This document shows, in pieces, positions 26,362 through 39,329 of a stretch of DNA of 64,000 nucleotides; position 1 is the stretch's first letter, and every line of letters begins with the position of its first letter. The stretch covers positions 248,001-312,000 of the forward strand of contig NIVC01001280.1 in NCBI GenBank assembly GCA_002269645.1. The letters run 5' to 3'. Position numbers and translations under genes: made by a program. The notes under the pieces were generated by a model. It did not search any database. It worked only from the letters and a program-made list of their open reading frames with translations, and was not told the origin of the DNA. The stretch is from Macrostomum lignano (Eukaryota).

Positions 26362-26672
26362 TATGGAGGAAAGAATAGAATAGAGTGCTAATCTGAGCCA
26401 GTTATTTTTATCTCGCTCGATCTTCACTTTTAACATCCTTTCCCCCCGTTCCTTCCTATTGGCTCATGACTGCCATAGACAAAGTATTTTTCGTCTCGTT
26501 TTCGTTTTCGTTCCCCTCTGAAAGGTCTGTCCCAGCATAGTACGAGCTCGCATCAAAATATGCTTTCAGCCAATAGGAAGGAACGGGGGGAAAGGGATGT
26601 TAAAAGCGAAAATCGAGCGAGATAAAAAATAACTGGCTCAGATTAGCACTCCATTCTATTCTTTCCTCCATG
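26362..26672. mobile_element. P-type palindromic MITE ((C/T)ATGGAGGAAAGAATAGAA TIR)
   Basis: ~105-bp inverted arms. Flanks GGTTGAAC / GGTTCAAC (7 of 8 identical). Confidence 0.8.
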
Positions 26673-26689
26673 GGTTCAACAAGAATCAA

Positions 26690-27130
26690 AATGGTCCAAA
26701 TGCTCGTGAGCCATTGGACAAACTCTTGCCTTCTCGCAACTGTCTGCAGGTTGTTTGTTGCGTACCACTGGAAGTTCAGCGTCTCTAGCTTGTTAAAGCG
26801 TCTCTAGCTTGTTCTAGCTTGTCTCTACCTCTGTCGAGTGTTTCGAATTTTCTAATTTTCAGTCGCTTCTCCAGAGCTCTGCTGATAGTCGAAATCTGCT
26901 AACTACATGTAACTGGAACTATTCCTTCAACTTCTGCTGCATTTTCTGCAATATCAACAAAGGGTTCGTCTCAACTGCATCGAGTAGCAGTTGGACCTGA
27001 GGCTCTCGAGCAACTTGCCTTGGCGATTGCCACCCTTTCGCACGCAATCTCTGCCGGCGGAGTTTCAACGCGCTGCTGGATGCTGTAAACCATCTTTTCT
27101 TTTACATTCAGCAACCTTGCAATGTCCTTT
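26690..27130 (-). pseudogene. IS630-Tc1-like transposase relic (HTH/linker region)
   Basis: Minus frames give RKGGNRQGKL, LLDAVETNPLLILQKMQQKLKE and TVARRQEFVQWL. These resemble RGGAVRPKF...YVEEKPTVTLKEMQQKL in ORF 52639-53019. Confidence 0.55.
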
Positions 27131-27539
27131 GGGTGTTAACCTCTGTCGAGTGTTTCGATCACAAGCCAAAAGCATTCGTTTGACAGCCTAGCATATGGTC
27201 CACAATTCTGGGGCTGAGCTGCTCCTCCGTAGCATTTGCAAATGAAGCTATGGACCAAATTGATGCTTGTTGGACCAAATAAAATGCCGCTCTGCCAGCC
27301 ATGCTACCATGGACAAAAGCTGGACAAATAGTTCTAAGGAGTAGTAACTATGAAAGCAGACGAATGCTTAGTCAAGCAGAAAAAACCTATCAAGTATTGC
27401 AGTCACATTCTCATTTAATAGAACTCGCATTATTTGTATCGTGTTTCGGCTTTGGTGTTCGGTATAATGTTACAATAATATAGCCTCCTCGGGTTTCAGC
27501 CGACGTCAAGTTGCTACTACTCGTATAAAAGCAATATCC

Positions 27540-28865
27540 ATGGCAACAGCCAAGCGTCAGCGCAAGTCCTCGAATTCGGAGGAAAGGAAGGAAGTCGTCA
27601 CTACCTACGATTTAAATGATGGTCGGCACTTTGCGAATGAATTTTCTGATTTTGGTATTTCTGGATTGGACTTAAAGTTCTTAGAGCGTTCAAGTGATGA
27701 CTGTTGGCGACTTTCTGATGATTTTCGGGCGCGGCTACAGCAGGCTTTGGTGCACCTTCTGTCTCGAGCAACGCCAGATCTTACGGCAATGCCTACGACA
27801 GACAGGTCGGTTTACACAGGCAAGGCTGGTATTGCACACCTTTTCTGGCACCTGGCTGGCTCGGGACTTCTTCCTGACTCAGAACACCTGCTTAGCAACG
27901 CTCTTAATATAATGAAGGAACTTTACAGCCAGATTAACTGCCGCCGAATCAGCTTTCTGTGTGGAGACTCTGGCGTCCTCTCTCTCACTGCTGTGTTGCA
28001 CTGGAAACATGGTGACCGCGACCTCGCCTGTCGCTCTCTTGAGAGACTACTCAGCTTGCAGACAACCGCTGCTGCTGACGGACCTCCCAACGAGCTGCTA
28101 TACGGCAGGTCTGGCTACCTATTTGCGCTGGCCTTTGTTGCCAGTGAGCTGGCGGACCTTTCAGAGGATGCGCGTCGAGACATCCGTGCCGCGGCGCGTT
28201 TGGTTGCCTTGCGCACCCTGGCGGATGGAGCCGAACTTTGGAAGCAACGAATTGGCCGGGGCGATGGTCTGCTCTTTGAGTGGCACGATTCTGTCTACTT
28301 CGGAGCGGCTCATGGACTCAGCGGAATTGTGTCCGTTCTGGCTCGGATTCTACCCAGTCTGGGTCTGTCTGAAGTTGAGCTCTCTAATGCCAGGCGCAGG
28401 CTCGACGTAACTGTGGACTTTCTTCGCCAGCGACAGTTCAAGTCACTTAATTATCCATCTTCAATGGGAAGCGACAGAGACCGCCTGGTCCACTGGTGCC
28501 ATGGAGCTCCTGGTTTTGCCCTAATGTTTCTCTGCATCGATGACCTGCCTGCCGCCCTGCAGTGCGCAGATGTGGTGTGGCACCGCGGACTTCTGCACAA
28601 AGGCGACGGCCTCTGCCATGGTATTTCGGGCAACGGCTACGTGTTTCTGCGACTGCACAGCGCCACCGGCGATCCCCGACATCTGCACAGGGCTGCGGCA
28701 TTTGCGCAGTTTATGCTGAACTTCCCTGGTCGAACCCCCGATCGACCTTTATCGCTTTTTGAGGGTCTGGCAGGGAAACTCTGCTTCCTGGTAGACCTTC
28801 TGAGAGCGGAGTCGCGCAGAACTCTATTTCCAGCTGCTGAACTGCCCTCTTACTTTGCATTCTGA
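27540..28865 (+). CDS. LANCL1/2: LanC-like protein (eukaryotic LANCL1/2 family), intronless, 441 aa
   Basis: SVYTGKAGIA, SFLCGDSG, ELLYGRSGYL, GAAHGLSGI, NYPSS, LVHWCHGAPG, GLCHGISGNGY, PLSLFEGLAG. The Zn-ligand Cys/Cys/His motifs are intact. Confidence 0.95.
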   Translation: MATAKRQRKSSNSEERKEVVTTYDLNDGRHFANEFSDFGISGLDLKFLERSSDDCWRLSDDFRARLQQALVHLLSRATPDLTAMPTTDRSVYTGKAGIAHLFWHLAGSGLLPDSEHLLSNALNIMKELYSQINCRRISFLCGDSGVLSLTAVLHWKHGDRDLACRSLERLLSLQTTAAADGPPNELLYGRSGYLFALAFVASELADLSEDARRDIRAAARLVALRTLADGAELWKQRIGRGDGLLFEWHDSVYFGAAHGLSGIVSVLARILPSLGLSEVELSNARRRLDVTVDFLRQRQFKSLNYPSSMGSDRDRLVHWCHGAPGFALMFLCIDDLPAALQCADVVWHRGLLHKGDGLCHGISGNGYVFLRLHSATGDPRHLHRAAAFAQFMLNFPGRTPDRPLSLFEGLAGKLCFLVDLLRAESRRTLFPAAELPSYFAF

Positions 28866-29939
28866 GGCCTCTTCCCGCTTCTTAACTGCCTCTACTGTGA
28901 ATACTCCGTCAAACCTTTTGGTTTTTAATTTTTGAGTTGGACTTGCTTTTAAGCTTGGGTATATTAATTTTAAACCGAAATTGATGCAAAGTTAGTTTCT
29001 GGATCTACCAGATTACAATCCGTTTGATGTAATAAATAATATAAATATAATCTAATAAATCATCTAATAATCATCTTTTTGGCCAGTCGACTGGAAAAAA
29101 TATTTTTTACAAATGGATGAAAGTTAGTAGCGAAAAAATGACCATTTGAGAGAATAGTGTCCATCCATTGTTTTGTCTCCTAGTCAGCAGCTAAAGCAAT
29201 GAATTGAATACCGATGTCGTGACGACTCACCTGCAGACAATCTTAGACTGCAGCGGCAAGAGTTCGACTTTCCAAAAGTTCGATGAATTGGGGTAACAGG
29301 CGATAGCTTACTTCCAGTTTCCTGAATTGTCTTGCAAAAAAAGCAATAATGGCTTCCTTGATATGCTTTAGAAGTCGCTGAGCAACTTCAATCGAGCTGC
29401 TTGTGTCAAAGCCGATGACTTCATATACTCAGCAACATTGATAAGTTGCCACCCTTTGCCCCAGTGAGCAGTGTCTTTCGACCAACGTCTTTCACCTGGC
29501 CAACCATTTTGATATTAGTGCTTGAAAAAAACTGAAAACCGGGCGGAAGCTTCAATCCATCTAATCTTCGCCCTCCGCTCTTCCCAACCCAGCCCAACTC
29601 TGCGTCGCGTGGCGCAATTTGCGTCACTCAAAAGTCAATACTGTAGAATAGAGTAGAATTTACTGCGCACTCTCAAATGTGGCGACTTTTTAATGTTATT
29701 GAGTATACGCTCGTATTTGTGCTGATCGTAGCGAGCACTGGGTGATAAATTGGGCTCATCCCATGGGCCATAAGCTAAAAAGGCAATAGTTGTCTTGAAT
29801 GTAACGTTCTGTTAGTTAAGAGATTAAGAGATTAAGTCAACTGCTCCTAAGATGAAACTCACAGCAAAAGCTAGATTTTTTCCTTATAGGCACTCGTACC
29901 CGTCGTAATTTTTAAATCAACTATTAGATAAATCCTAGA

Positions 29940-30169
29940 CAGGCGCGGTGGAAGAAGAAAAATAGTGGGGGGAAACTCAAGGGCACAGGGGCAAACTCTA
30001 TCAGATATTTTTGTTTAGGCATCTCCGTAAAAAATACGCTCGTATTAAAGAATAATTGCTATAATACATGTATTATGATTGATGCCATTGAAATATTGGG
30101 AAGGATCGAAATGCCAACAAAATTATTGCACACACAATTGCACACTTGTTGCACACTCCGCCGCACCTG
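29940..30169. mobile_element. hAT-like MITE
   Basis: TIR CAGGCGCGGTGGA / TCCGCCGCACCTG. Flanks ATCCTAGA / ATCCTAAA (7 of 8 identical). Confidence 0.7.
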
Positions 30170-31059
30170 ATCCTAAATATGAGCTAGATAATAGTTTAAG
30201 TTTATTCACGCATAGATAGGTAGACAGTATTTTAATTTCAATACTTTTCAGTTTGAAAATACATTCATCCGATGCTTTTTATACTCGTATACGTAGCATC
30301 ATCTTTCTATGTACGCCTGCATGGGCAGGCATTGTACGCTCAATAACAGCTTTTTGCATTAGTCTTTCGGAAGAAAGGAAACTGCTTCGTGTAGGAAACA
30401 GTGAAGAAACAGATGGTTGTTTCAGAGTTGCTGATCATTACAGTCAATTGTGGCTGAAGTGTGTAGGATTTACGCGCACATGTACGTACGCGTACATATA
30501 TAAACGCTATAATTAACTCTTTCAATGGGGGGCCAAATCCAAAATTAGCAAGTAATAGTTGCTGGGTTATACATACAAAAAAGAAATCGATAGCAAATAT
30601 ATTCTGCATTAAATTCAAAACTACACGTGCTTCTAAGTATGGGGATTGAATTTCTACTAACAATAGGTTCAATAAGGTTCAATAGAAAATCAGTTAATAA
30701 ATCTAGGTTCTATGTGAGACTATTGCTCGCGTTGGTGCAGATTACTACATGCATGCAAAAATCGACTTTCATTGCTGTGTTACAGTACTTGGACTAATTG
30801 TGCTTTCTAGGGCTAATTAATTATGACCATAGTTTTTTGTAGCTTTGTACTCACGAGCTAAAATTTTTGTCTTGCAGTTCAATCAGATAAACCACAAAAT
30901 TGTCTGGGCTACTCCTCTGAAGTATTATTCTGATAGCGCAAAAATCCTTTCAACTTTGCTAATGCTTCTCACTACATGCCTGTTTCGATTATGCATTTAT
31001 TGAAATGTATAAGTATTATGTATAAGAAAGTTTATCAACGAAGTCCGAAGCCTACGCTG

Positions 31060-34000
31060 TTACGCTTCGATGTTCGTACAGACCCCATCAGCCTGCAGTA
31101 GTCCCCTTGCCTGCTGTCGTCGTCTCGGTGGCGGGCCGTCTCGTTGCTTCGGCGTGTACACAGCCCGACTGGTTGTCGTAGCCAACATTGGCTCGCTCGA
31201 CAGCTGCAGCTCGCCGCGCTGTCGCACCGCTTCCGGTCTCTGCCCTGGCCTGGCAACATAGTCTTCCTTCATCACAGTCCGCGCAACAAACGGATCCGCT
31301 GGTACCTGCAGCTCATCATTGTGCCGGATTGGCTCGCGGCGAGGCTGCCAGCGTGGGCTGAAGTCCTCCTGCTGCGTGCTTCGGCCCGAGAATGCATCAG
31401 TTGGGCAACGCAACTCTCCGCCATGTTGTATCGGCTGTCTGTTGTGTCATAAAGATGTTTTGCTGTATAGCTGATAGCTCTTACTAGAAATAAATAAAAG
31501 CTTGCATTCATTCTCCAAGTTCATCTTTGAGCAGCTCGGATGTTAAGCTTTGATCTTGTACAATTCGTTTGATCTTTTTACAAATATTTTTTGGCTTGCT
31601 ACTTAGATGCAACTCAATTTTTTTCATGTTCTTTTCAACTAGCTACATGTACCTGTAAGTTTCCTCGTATTAGAGGAAGAGCAGCGCTGCATCGTATTTT
31701 TAGCCTTTTAGTGCACTCGGTGAATAACGTCGCCAATTTTTAAGAAACCTGTGTCAAAGTCTATAAGTTCCTTTTGTTCTCCGTTCTTCGTGTACATGTA
31801 ATTGGGTTAGTTAATTGGGATAGATAATGTATGCGTACATGTCGCTTCACCTAGACAGTTAACTCATAGTTTTGGTGTACTTTTTGTGTACATTTATATC
31901 GGGAATTCGTGGTTGCTCTAAAGAAAACTAAAAGGCTACTTTGGACCTTAGGTGTGTATAATTAGTATCAACAGTTGAAGTGAGCACTAGTTTAGCGTTA
32001 GGTGCCCCCTTTGTCAGCTGTGCCCTGCGCCCTTCTGAGCTGCTGGCTGCCGCTGGCCTCAGCTCTCCCTCTCTCCCTCTCTCCCTCTCCCGCTCCCTCT
32101 CTCCCTCTCCTTCCCCGTTGTCTTTTGTCTGCCTGCGTTTCCCCTTGTCCCCCCTTTTTTTCGGCTCGTTTGTGTTCCCAGTGTCTGAGCTTCTCGTTCA
32201 GCCTGTCCTTGTTTCATTCTTTGTCTGTCTCCTCCCCCCCTTTTTGTGTGGCTGCGTTCTCTTGGCTCGAGTCCAGCCAGTTCTGGCTAGGGATTGCAAA
32301 TCCCGGCTGTTCTACGATCCCGGGATCCCGGACGAAGCTATGACTCAATCCCGGGATCCCGGACCCAATCCCGGGATTGACATTTTAATTATTTTGCCAG
32401 AATGCCAGAAAACCCGCTTCAAATTAAGAATGCATTCTGCACTTGGTCCAACTTACTATATTACTACTATACTATATACAATATATACGTATATATATAC
32501 GTATATATCGACATATACGATATATGCGATATACTATTATACTATACTACTACTATACAATATGTAATATATACATGTAAGTAGTATATCGTATATATCG
32601 TATACGATATAATACTTATATACATGTACTATATATTGTATTGTATAGTAGTAGTATAGTAGTATAGTATAGTATAGTACTACTATGAAATACTACTATA
32701 TAAATAAAATATGAATACATGCATGCAAAATTATCTCCCAGTCATTTTTCAATGCTTTTATGTACATAACACAAGTTACACAAGTAACTCAAGTAGTCAA
32801 ATACACAAACACAACACAAGTTTGAGATTGTTTGTTTGTTTGTATTGTATGTATTGTATAATTTGTATTGTATCACGATTCGAGAATCGAGAGTCACGTC
32901 ACAATCACGACGCGCTCGAATGTTACTTGTGTAATGTATTTAAAATACGAACATTTTGATATTTCCTGGATATCACCCACTTTATAAAAAAGTTTCCAAT
33001 CCCGGGATCCCGAGCCCCTAATCCCGGGATTCCTTCAGGCCAAAAAGTGTCCGGGATCCCGGGATTCGGGATCCCGGGATCCCGGGATTGCAATCATAGT
33101 TCTGGCTGTCTTTTCTCTGTCAGGCCGTACGAAACGGATCACGTGCCCCAGGCGCTCTGTCCTTTTGCGCTCCCTTGTGCAATCTCGTGTGTCAGGCTCT
33201 AAATTAGGAAAGGCGTCCTTGCCTCTCAAGTTGAGGGTTCCGCGCCTGTTTCTAAAAATAGAACTGAATCACGCCAGATTGGAGGGCAGTGAGAGCGGCC
33301 TTGCGTACTCTGGTGCAATGGGGAGGCTTTCACTGTATGGTGAAATCGATCCGCTATTCTATAAGTACGGGCCTCTCGTGCCTCTGTTTGGCAACCCTGT
33401 GAAAACCTGCTCGTTTACCTTTCTGTTAACCCTTCTCTCTGCTAGAGCTCTGATAACCGTTCTCTTGAAAGTCCAGCGCAGCTTGCGCTAGGCCTTAGCC
33501 AACTCATCTGACTTCTGATCTATCTTCGACTGTGTGCCTGTGAGTGAGTGCGAAACTCCCACAGAACTAACAGAAACTAGCACAGCTTCTCGTCCCCGCA
33601 CTTGAGCCCGGCAGGATTGCTGACGAGGTGTGCACCGGTACGAACTGTCAAATCTGCACGGCGTGCTGAGTTCTCGTGTCTCGTTTATTTCGCTCAGCCC
33701 GGAGTCTCCCTCACCGAAAGACAAGATCCGAGCGAGCTGGTGGCAGCACTACCAACGCTACTAAGAACAGCTAGAAGGCTTCCTGGGAGAGTCTACCAAG
33801 GACTCAAGGTAGGCAGCTCGAGTGACTGAGTAGGAAGCGAGAAACCAACAAACACTTCACAGTCAGCTTATCAGGTATTATCATCAAAAAATTATACAAA
33901 AGCTAGCTCACCTGCGCTGTATCTGGTCGGGAGGCTTGAAGTCTCCACGACAGGTGGTCCCTGTCTCCATTGGCTCAGTGGCCAGCTTCAACTCGCCTGA

Positions 34001-35263
34001 GTGCCGCACAGGCAGCGTCCTCTCCGGCCTCGTCTGAGTGTCAGCGGCTGCGGCGAAGTCGCCAGTGTAGGAGGACTGGCCTTCCAGCGGCCGGCTGGGT
34101 GGTCTGTATTGCTGCTGCGGCCTGCAACTTGCCTGCTTTGCGCCCGCCATATCGGCTGGTTGGAAGTCGCGGTACCGCTCGGCGCTCTCGCTGACTCCCT
34201 GGAACGGCTTTACCGGCCCCATCCGGATCGCAGGTCGGATCGGAGGCAGTCGAACGATCGTTTTGCCGGCAGTAAAGTCAGCGGAGTAGGAGGTGCTCGT
34301 TTCCATGGCGCCTTCCGGCTTGTGGTAGGCCGGCTGCTCATGCCGGTACCGCGGCTGCTGCTGCCAGCTCCGAAATTCCTCCCTGCTAAGCGGCTCCCCC
34401 TCGAAAGGGGCCTTCGTGCGTTCGATCTCGTCTTTTGGCCGGACAGCCTGTTCCTTTGCTGTTAGGAACCAATTGGAGAGAGCAGCTCAAGTTCATTAAT
34501 TGATTGTCCAAAATTTCCAAAACTATATATAGCTGAATGACTGGCTGACTGAAAAAAACCTTAAAATGAAAGCAAAAAAACTCACGGAGGTACTTGGGCT
34601 GAAAGTCCGTTCTGTTGACGGACTCGCCAGTAAATTTTTCAGCGGGAGGGCGCCACTCGGCTTGCTCCCTCTGAACACGGGGCTGTACTTTGTGCGTAAG
34701 AAACTGCTCCGCTGTCTCCGACCTGCCTTCCACGCGGCCAGTGGGGGGCTCCCACTGGGGCCGGTTTTCCACCTTGTGTACCCGCTTCATCTGCCACGGC
34801 TTGTAGTCCACTGCAAGAGTAAGATGTGCATTTTAAGCAAATAGTGACGTACATTCGTTTGATTTTTCTTTGAATTTATATTCTTTGCTAGTCGGAATTC
34901 TAAAGAGCGATTCAGCTTTTAGTGTCTAAACTCGTATTAGTACTCAAATGTCGCTGGCTAGCTGACTTTTTGCCCTCGAAAAATGCTACGAGATGAATGG
35001 AGGCTTCAGCACGGAGGAGTTGCACTACTGCAGAATCGTTAGGGAAAATAAAGATACTGCATGAGTCAGTTACTTTTTCCGAAAAAACAGTAAGTAGATA
35101 CAGTAACTATAGTATTAAGTGAATCAATTACATATACATTAGACCTGAATATACATGTAATATACAGTAAGTTCTATTAAATGCTTGTAGCAAGCTGCTC
35201 ACCCTTGTACTGGCTGATCACAGCAGCCTCCACTACAGCGGCATCTCCTGCTTTGCCCGACAT
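31060..35263 (-). CDS. SAXO1/2: Stabilizer of axonemal microtubules (SAXO/FAM154-type) repeat protein, 4 exons (~403 aa)
   Basis: complement(join(31060..31438,33912..34458,34586..34810,35203..35263)) = 1212 nt, GT-AG introns, frame-consistent. Repeated P(F/M)(E/T)G.S/T....DF/DY modules (KFTGESVNRTDFQPK, AMETSTSYSADF, PLEGQSSYTGDF, PMETGTTCRGDF, AFSGRSTQQEDF). Confidence 0.8.
31990..33855 (+). mobile_element. LTR-like sequence in a SAXO intron, interrupted by a hAT MITE
   Basis: Homologous to 21150-22052 at the 5' end (CTTTGTCAGC...GCTGCCGCTGG) and in the 3' part. Ends at ...CCAACA. Confidence 0.5.
32288..33098. mobile_element. hAT-like MITE with CCCGGGATCCCGGG subterminal repeats and (TAC/TAT)n core
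   Basis: TIR TAGGGATTGCAA / TTGCAATCATA. Exact 8-bp TSD GTTCTGGC at 32280-32287 and 33099-33106. Confidence 0.85.
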
Positions 35264-35481
35264 GAGAATTGTGGTTCACTGTCCGCTTTTTTCAAATAAA
35301 CAAGTGACTGGGCCTGGATAGCAGCTAGCTTTAGGTATTAAGTGTTTAAGATTGCACAGGCAGGGTGAGCGACTGCGCTGAGGCCGGTTGCTAAGGCTGA
35401 CTGCAACGCAACCCACCCTGCTTGTGTACTGTGAGCATGCATTTCTAGCCAGAAACCATATGCCCAATTCTAATTATCTCT

Positions 35482-35496
35482 GTTGCCATTAGTTAC
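35482..35496. promoter_or_regulatory. Possible RFX X-box upstream of the SAXO-type gene
   Basis: GTTGCCATTAGTTAC has 1 mismatch to GTNRCC(N0-3)RGYAAC and lies ~220 bp upstream of the predicted ATG of a ciliary gene. Confidence 0.3.
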
Positions 35497-37069
35497 TGCA
35501 CTGCACTTGCTTTCCTCTATCTACACTTGCTCACTGTGTCTCTGCATGTAAAGTATGTCTCACAAGCCTCTGATCAAATGCGGAGTAGAGTGGGTTGCTT
35601 TCTGCTTAGAAACAATAGGCTATGGAGAGTGCGTATAATTTACTGAGGAGAACTCAGTCTGGAGAAGTGTTTTAGAGCTCCGACTTTTATACAGGTACTT
35701 TCGACAAGCTTTGTTTGCCTATGGGATAAGAACACAAATTTCAGTAAAGCTTTGGAGACGATAATCTGCTGAAAGATACTGAATATAGAAAGGAACCTAC
35801 CATTTTAAGTAGTCCCTAATTGCAAAATAAAAATGCAAAGCAACTTTTTCACAAAAAGCATAGCAAAAATATGTTGTGCGTCGTTAGACTTAGGCTTAGC
35901 GTTTGGGCTAGGGTTTAGGGTGTGGCATGAAAATTACCTGTGTCGATCGCGTTGTGTATCGGGTGCTTCACTTTAACTGTGAACACAGGCTCAGTCCATC
36001 CACATATACTAAAATTCTTGATTCATTCGCACTAGCTTTGTGTGCGTTCTACACTGCACATCGCTCGCCTGGTTAGAATAATATATAAATTGGGACTGGG
36101 CCAGTTTGAGCTTTGAGTGTTCTGGACTAGCCTAATTTACGGACCTGCATCAATACGAGCGTAACTTAGAAATTACTGGCAATAGAAGGTTGCAGCGCAC
36201 GAGTGAGAATGAGGCGATTATCCTGAAGTCTCACTTACGAATATTCTCATTGTCTAACTTCAGTGGATGGCCATAGACATAAAAGATAAGCCATAAACAA
36301 GATTGAAACAGGCAGGGGGTTAATTGGGTTAAGTGATGAGAAGAGAGGAAACATTGACTACAAATATAGGCTACATGAGCTTGACCACAGAGGAGGACGA
36401 GAAATATTATTTGATCAACTGGGCAAATCTACATGTCGAAAGCTTAGCCAACGTAACTAGCAGCGAACTAAATTGGATCTCGTGAGTCTCTTCATCTGAG
36501 AAGGACATGAAGGACAATGAAGATTTTTTTAACTTGTCTATTGATGAGGACGCATCTTTTTTCATTCTAAAAACCGCACATTTTGCTTCGATTCGCTTTC
36601 CCCTACTGTCAGTAGGCTAGCTTAGGAATTTCTCTCTATTCTCTCATTTAGGCTTAGTTCTATACTAATTTATGACATTACTATTAATTATGTTAGATAC
36701 TCAATGTACTCCCTTAGTAGGATTCTAATTTTGGGTTGTTTACGCATCTTTGAAGGTCAGACTGTCTGGGTCTGAGGCGGATTGACCTTTAACAGTCTAG
36801 ACAGGCGACATTAAGTCTGGGAGGAATGTTGTTAATCTCATTCTGACCCTCTGATTTGTGCCTTTTTCACTATTTTTAGTGATTTATGACGGTCTAGCTG
36901 TCACTTTTGGCTCCAGCCTGTCTGGGTCAAAGAGGTCTTTCCAGCTTTCTCCCCACTCGCTCTGTTACCATCTCTTTTGATTTATGGGCGTTTTGCAGTC
37001 ACTTTTGGCGCCAGGATGTCTAGACAAGTGACTTTTATTATGCTTTGCACATGATTTATGACTGCACCT

Positions 37070-37717
37070 GTCAACTTCCCTGGGGTCTGAAGGCCACCTG
37101 GTGGGGTGGGTTTTGGGGTCTTGAGCTCAGCCAATCAGAGACGACCTGACTGCCCCCGGCTCGTCCAAGCGGAAAATTCGGCGCCTATTTTAACAAAAGC
37201 TCTCAGCCAATCAGAAAATTCGGCGCGCGTTATAACAAATCGGCCGCATGAGAGCTATATAAGGCGGCAACTCGACCCGCGCTCGAAAAGGCCTGCTGGG
37301 ACTTCCCTTCTTGCACGGTCCTAACCCCGTCTTAGACGGCCCCTTCGGCATCTGCTGCGTCTTCGACGTCTGGTCCCCCTTCCCCCGGCAGTTTCGGCTT
37401 CAGCAGCTAAGTTCCCCCTGAGAAGCATCATCAATATCTCTCGGCAGTGATCTAAGAGCAGCAACGACAACCGGCAAGTGAAGAGCACCGGCGGTACTCG
37501 TCAGTTAAGATCAGCAGCAGCATCCCATCCGAGCGCTTCGGTCTCTACAGATCCCTTGGCTACCGGCAGTTAGGTCCTCTGATTGGTTTGGTGAGAGGCT
37601 TTCTTGACCTGCTCAACTGAGTGCACCCTTCGTCTGACCCCTTCCTAGGTAGTCTGATAGGTTTTGTACTTTTGCTTACTTGCTTTTTGCGTGCCAAACT
37701 CGAGGCAGAAGTGTCAT
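37070..37717 (+). mobile_element. LTR-like/promoter-like segment
   Basis: Two AGCCAATCAG boxes (37131, 37207), TATATAA at 37256-37262, TG...CA bounded. No TSD or linked ORF found. Confidence 0.3.
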
Positions 37718-38679
37718 CCAATATACTAAAAGTAGCCATTAGCTCTGACTCAATCTAAGGCGTTTAGGATTGCGGATTAAGTGAGAAAGTTAAATCTGGA
37801 AGTTAAAGACTTGATGTTTTCTTTCTTTTTCGCAATGCCAGCTGAGATGAGTGGCTAGATCTAGGGGCAGAGGTCACAGAGGACCGGAAGCGGCACAGTT
37901 CCCAGTCAATCAGTCGATTTGAGCAATCATGATAAGCAAGCAACCTGAGTGCCAGACTGGTGCTTTCGCGCAGTCTCAGGCAGCTAAGCGGCTAAAACGA
38001 GTTAAATGTTAGTCTAAAGATCTCTCCAAAGGCGGCAATACACCTACATCATCGCTATCTGTCGACGTGTTAACACATTTAGTGCCAAAAGCGTGCAGTT
38101 ACGTGTATTTGTACATGTACTTCTGGGAATTTGGTAATGAAATAGTACTTTTAGTAGTGTATGAAGGCTCGCCAGCGCAAGAACCCCCTGCAAAAGTCCT
38201 CTCTGTCCCTGCATGGCCAATGCGATCTTAGTCCCAGCAGCGTCCCTTCTATTCGGCTATGACTTCGAGATTTAGACAGCTAAAAGACACTAGATGGCAG
38301 GTAAGTGCAGTGCCCCTCTAGTCGGAAGTCCGATTTCGAAAGCTCCGGTTTGGTGAGCCGGGGCGCACGGACTGGTGGCAGCGGGTTAGTTAATCTGCGG
38401 ATTAGCTAATCTCTACCTTTCAAATTCTCCCTGCTTGTCTCTCGCTGTCTTCTCTTAGCTATAGGACCTTGCTGCTCGCCCACAATCTAGCTACCATGGG
38501 GCTGACCATCTGACAGGAGTGAGAGGCCAGAGTTCTAAGTGATTCATTTCTGAATTCTGAGGCCCGAAGCTATAGGCTTAAAAAGGCCGAATCCATCACT
38601 ATCTTGCACTTTCTTGGAGAAGACTAGAGTGACACTGACGAGGATTGTCGGATCGGAGGCACCAGGTGATTTTTTTCAA

Positions 38680-39139
38680 AGCAGAAAGAAGCGAGGAATC
38701 AACTACCTCGTACTTAAGGACCTTCAAGAAGGCGCTGAGTAAAGAAGTCCAGCTGCCGAAGGAATACACAAATCAGCATCCGCGGTGAGTTAGTGGGTCG
38801 ATGAAAGTATATTTGACTTTTCCGATGTACTTTTTTGTATGATTGAAAATAATGTGAATTTCCCTGGTCTTGCTTCCTGCTCCGTTCTAGACTAGAGTTA
38901 GCAGAGTGTGCGACCTGGAATCGGAAGGGCATTCAATGGGCGAGATCATGGCTATTACGGGTCAAAAGTCCGAGAGCACCGTCCGGCGCTACCTGGCGAT
39001 GAAACGGGACAAGTCCTTGCAAAAATGCAGTGTCGCGTGCTCTAACATAGGAGAAAACGCACAGACCCACGGTCATATAACAATGCCTGCCGACATCAGC
39101 ATACAGAGCTCCATCGCGCAAGAAGAGGTGATAATGTGA
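38680..39139 (+). pseudogene. Crypton-type tyrosine recombinase C-terminal relic, copy B (spliced)
   Basis: RGINYL and LSKEVQLPKEYTN, then intron 38785-38895 (GTGAGT...TAG), then R|VSRVCDLESEGHSMGEIMAITGQKSESTVRRY with the catalytic Tyr. Confidence 0.75.
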
Positions 39140-39329
39140 CTGATGGTCGGGAGATGAACGGCCGGAGTATCTTAATAATAAAAATTATACTCTCAACAAT
39201 TGCCAACTGTAATGGAGGATGGTACTGTGACAATTCTGCCGTACTTAGGAGACTTATTTTCACCATTAATACGAGTATAATATTGCGTTTATTCTTTCTT
39301 GTTCGCGTTGTTTCAAGAAAGAATTACCC

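Noticed and set aside
25594-28865. Small ORF next to a LanC-like gene as a possible lanthipeptide precursor/cyclase pair
   Set aside because: The small ORF matches ATP synthase subunit DAPIT. The LanC-like protein is the ordinary eukaryotic type, and no dehydratase is present.
29225-29630. Possible minus-strand exon (YEVIGFDTSSSIEVAQRLLKHIKEAII...) with a GTGAGT donor
   Set aside because: Broken frames, no family match I can name, and no partner exons.
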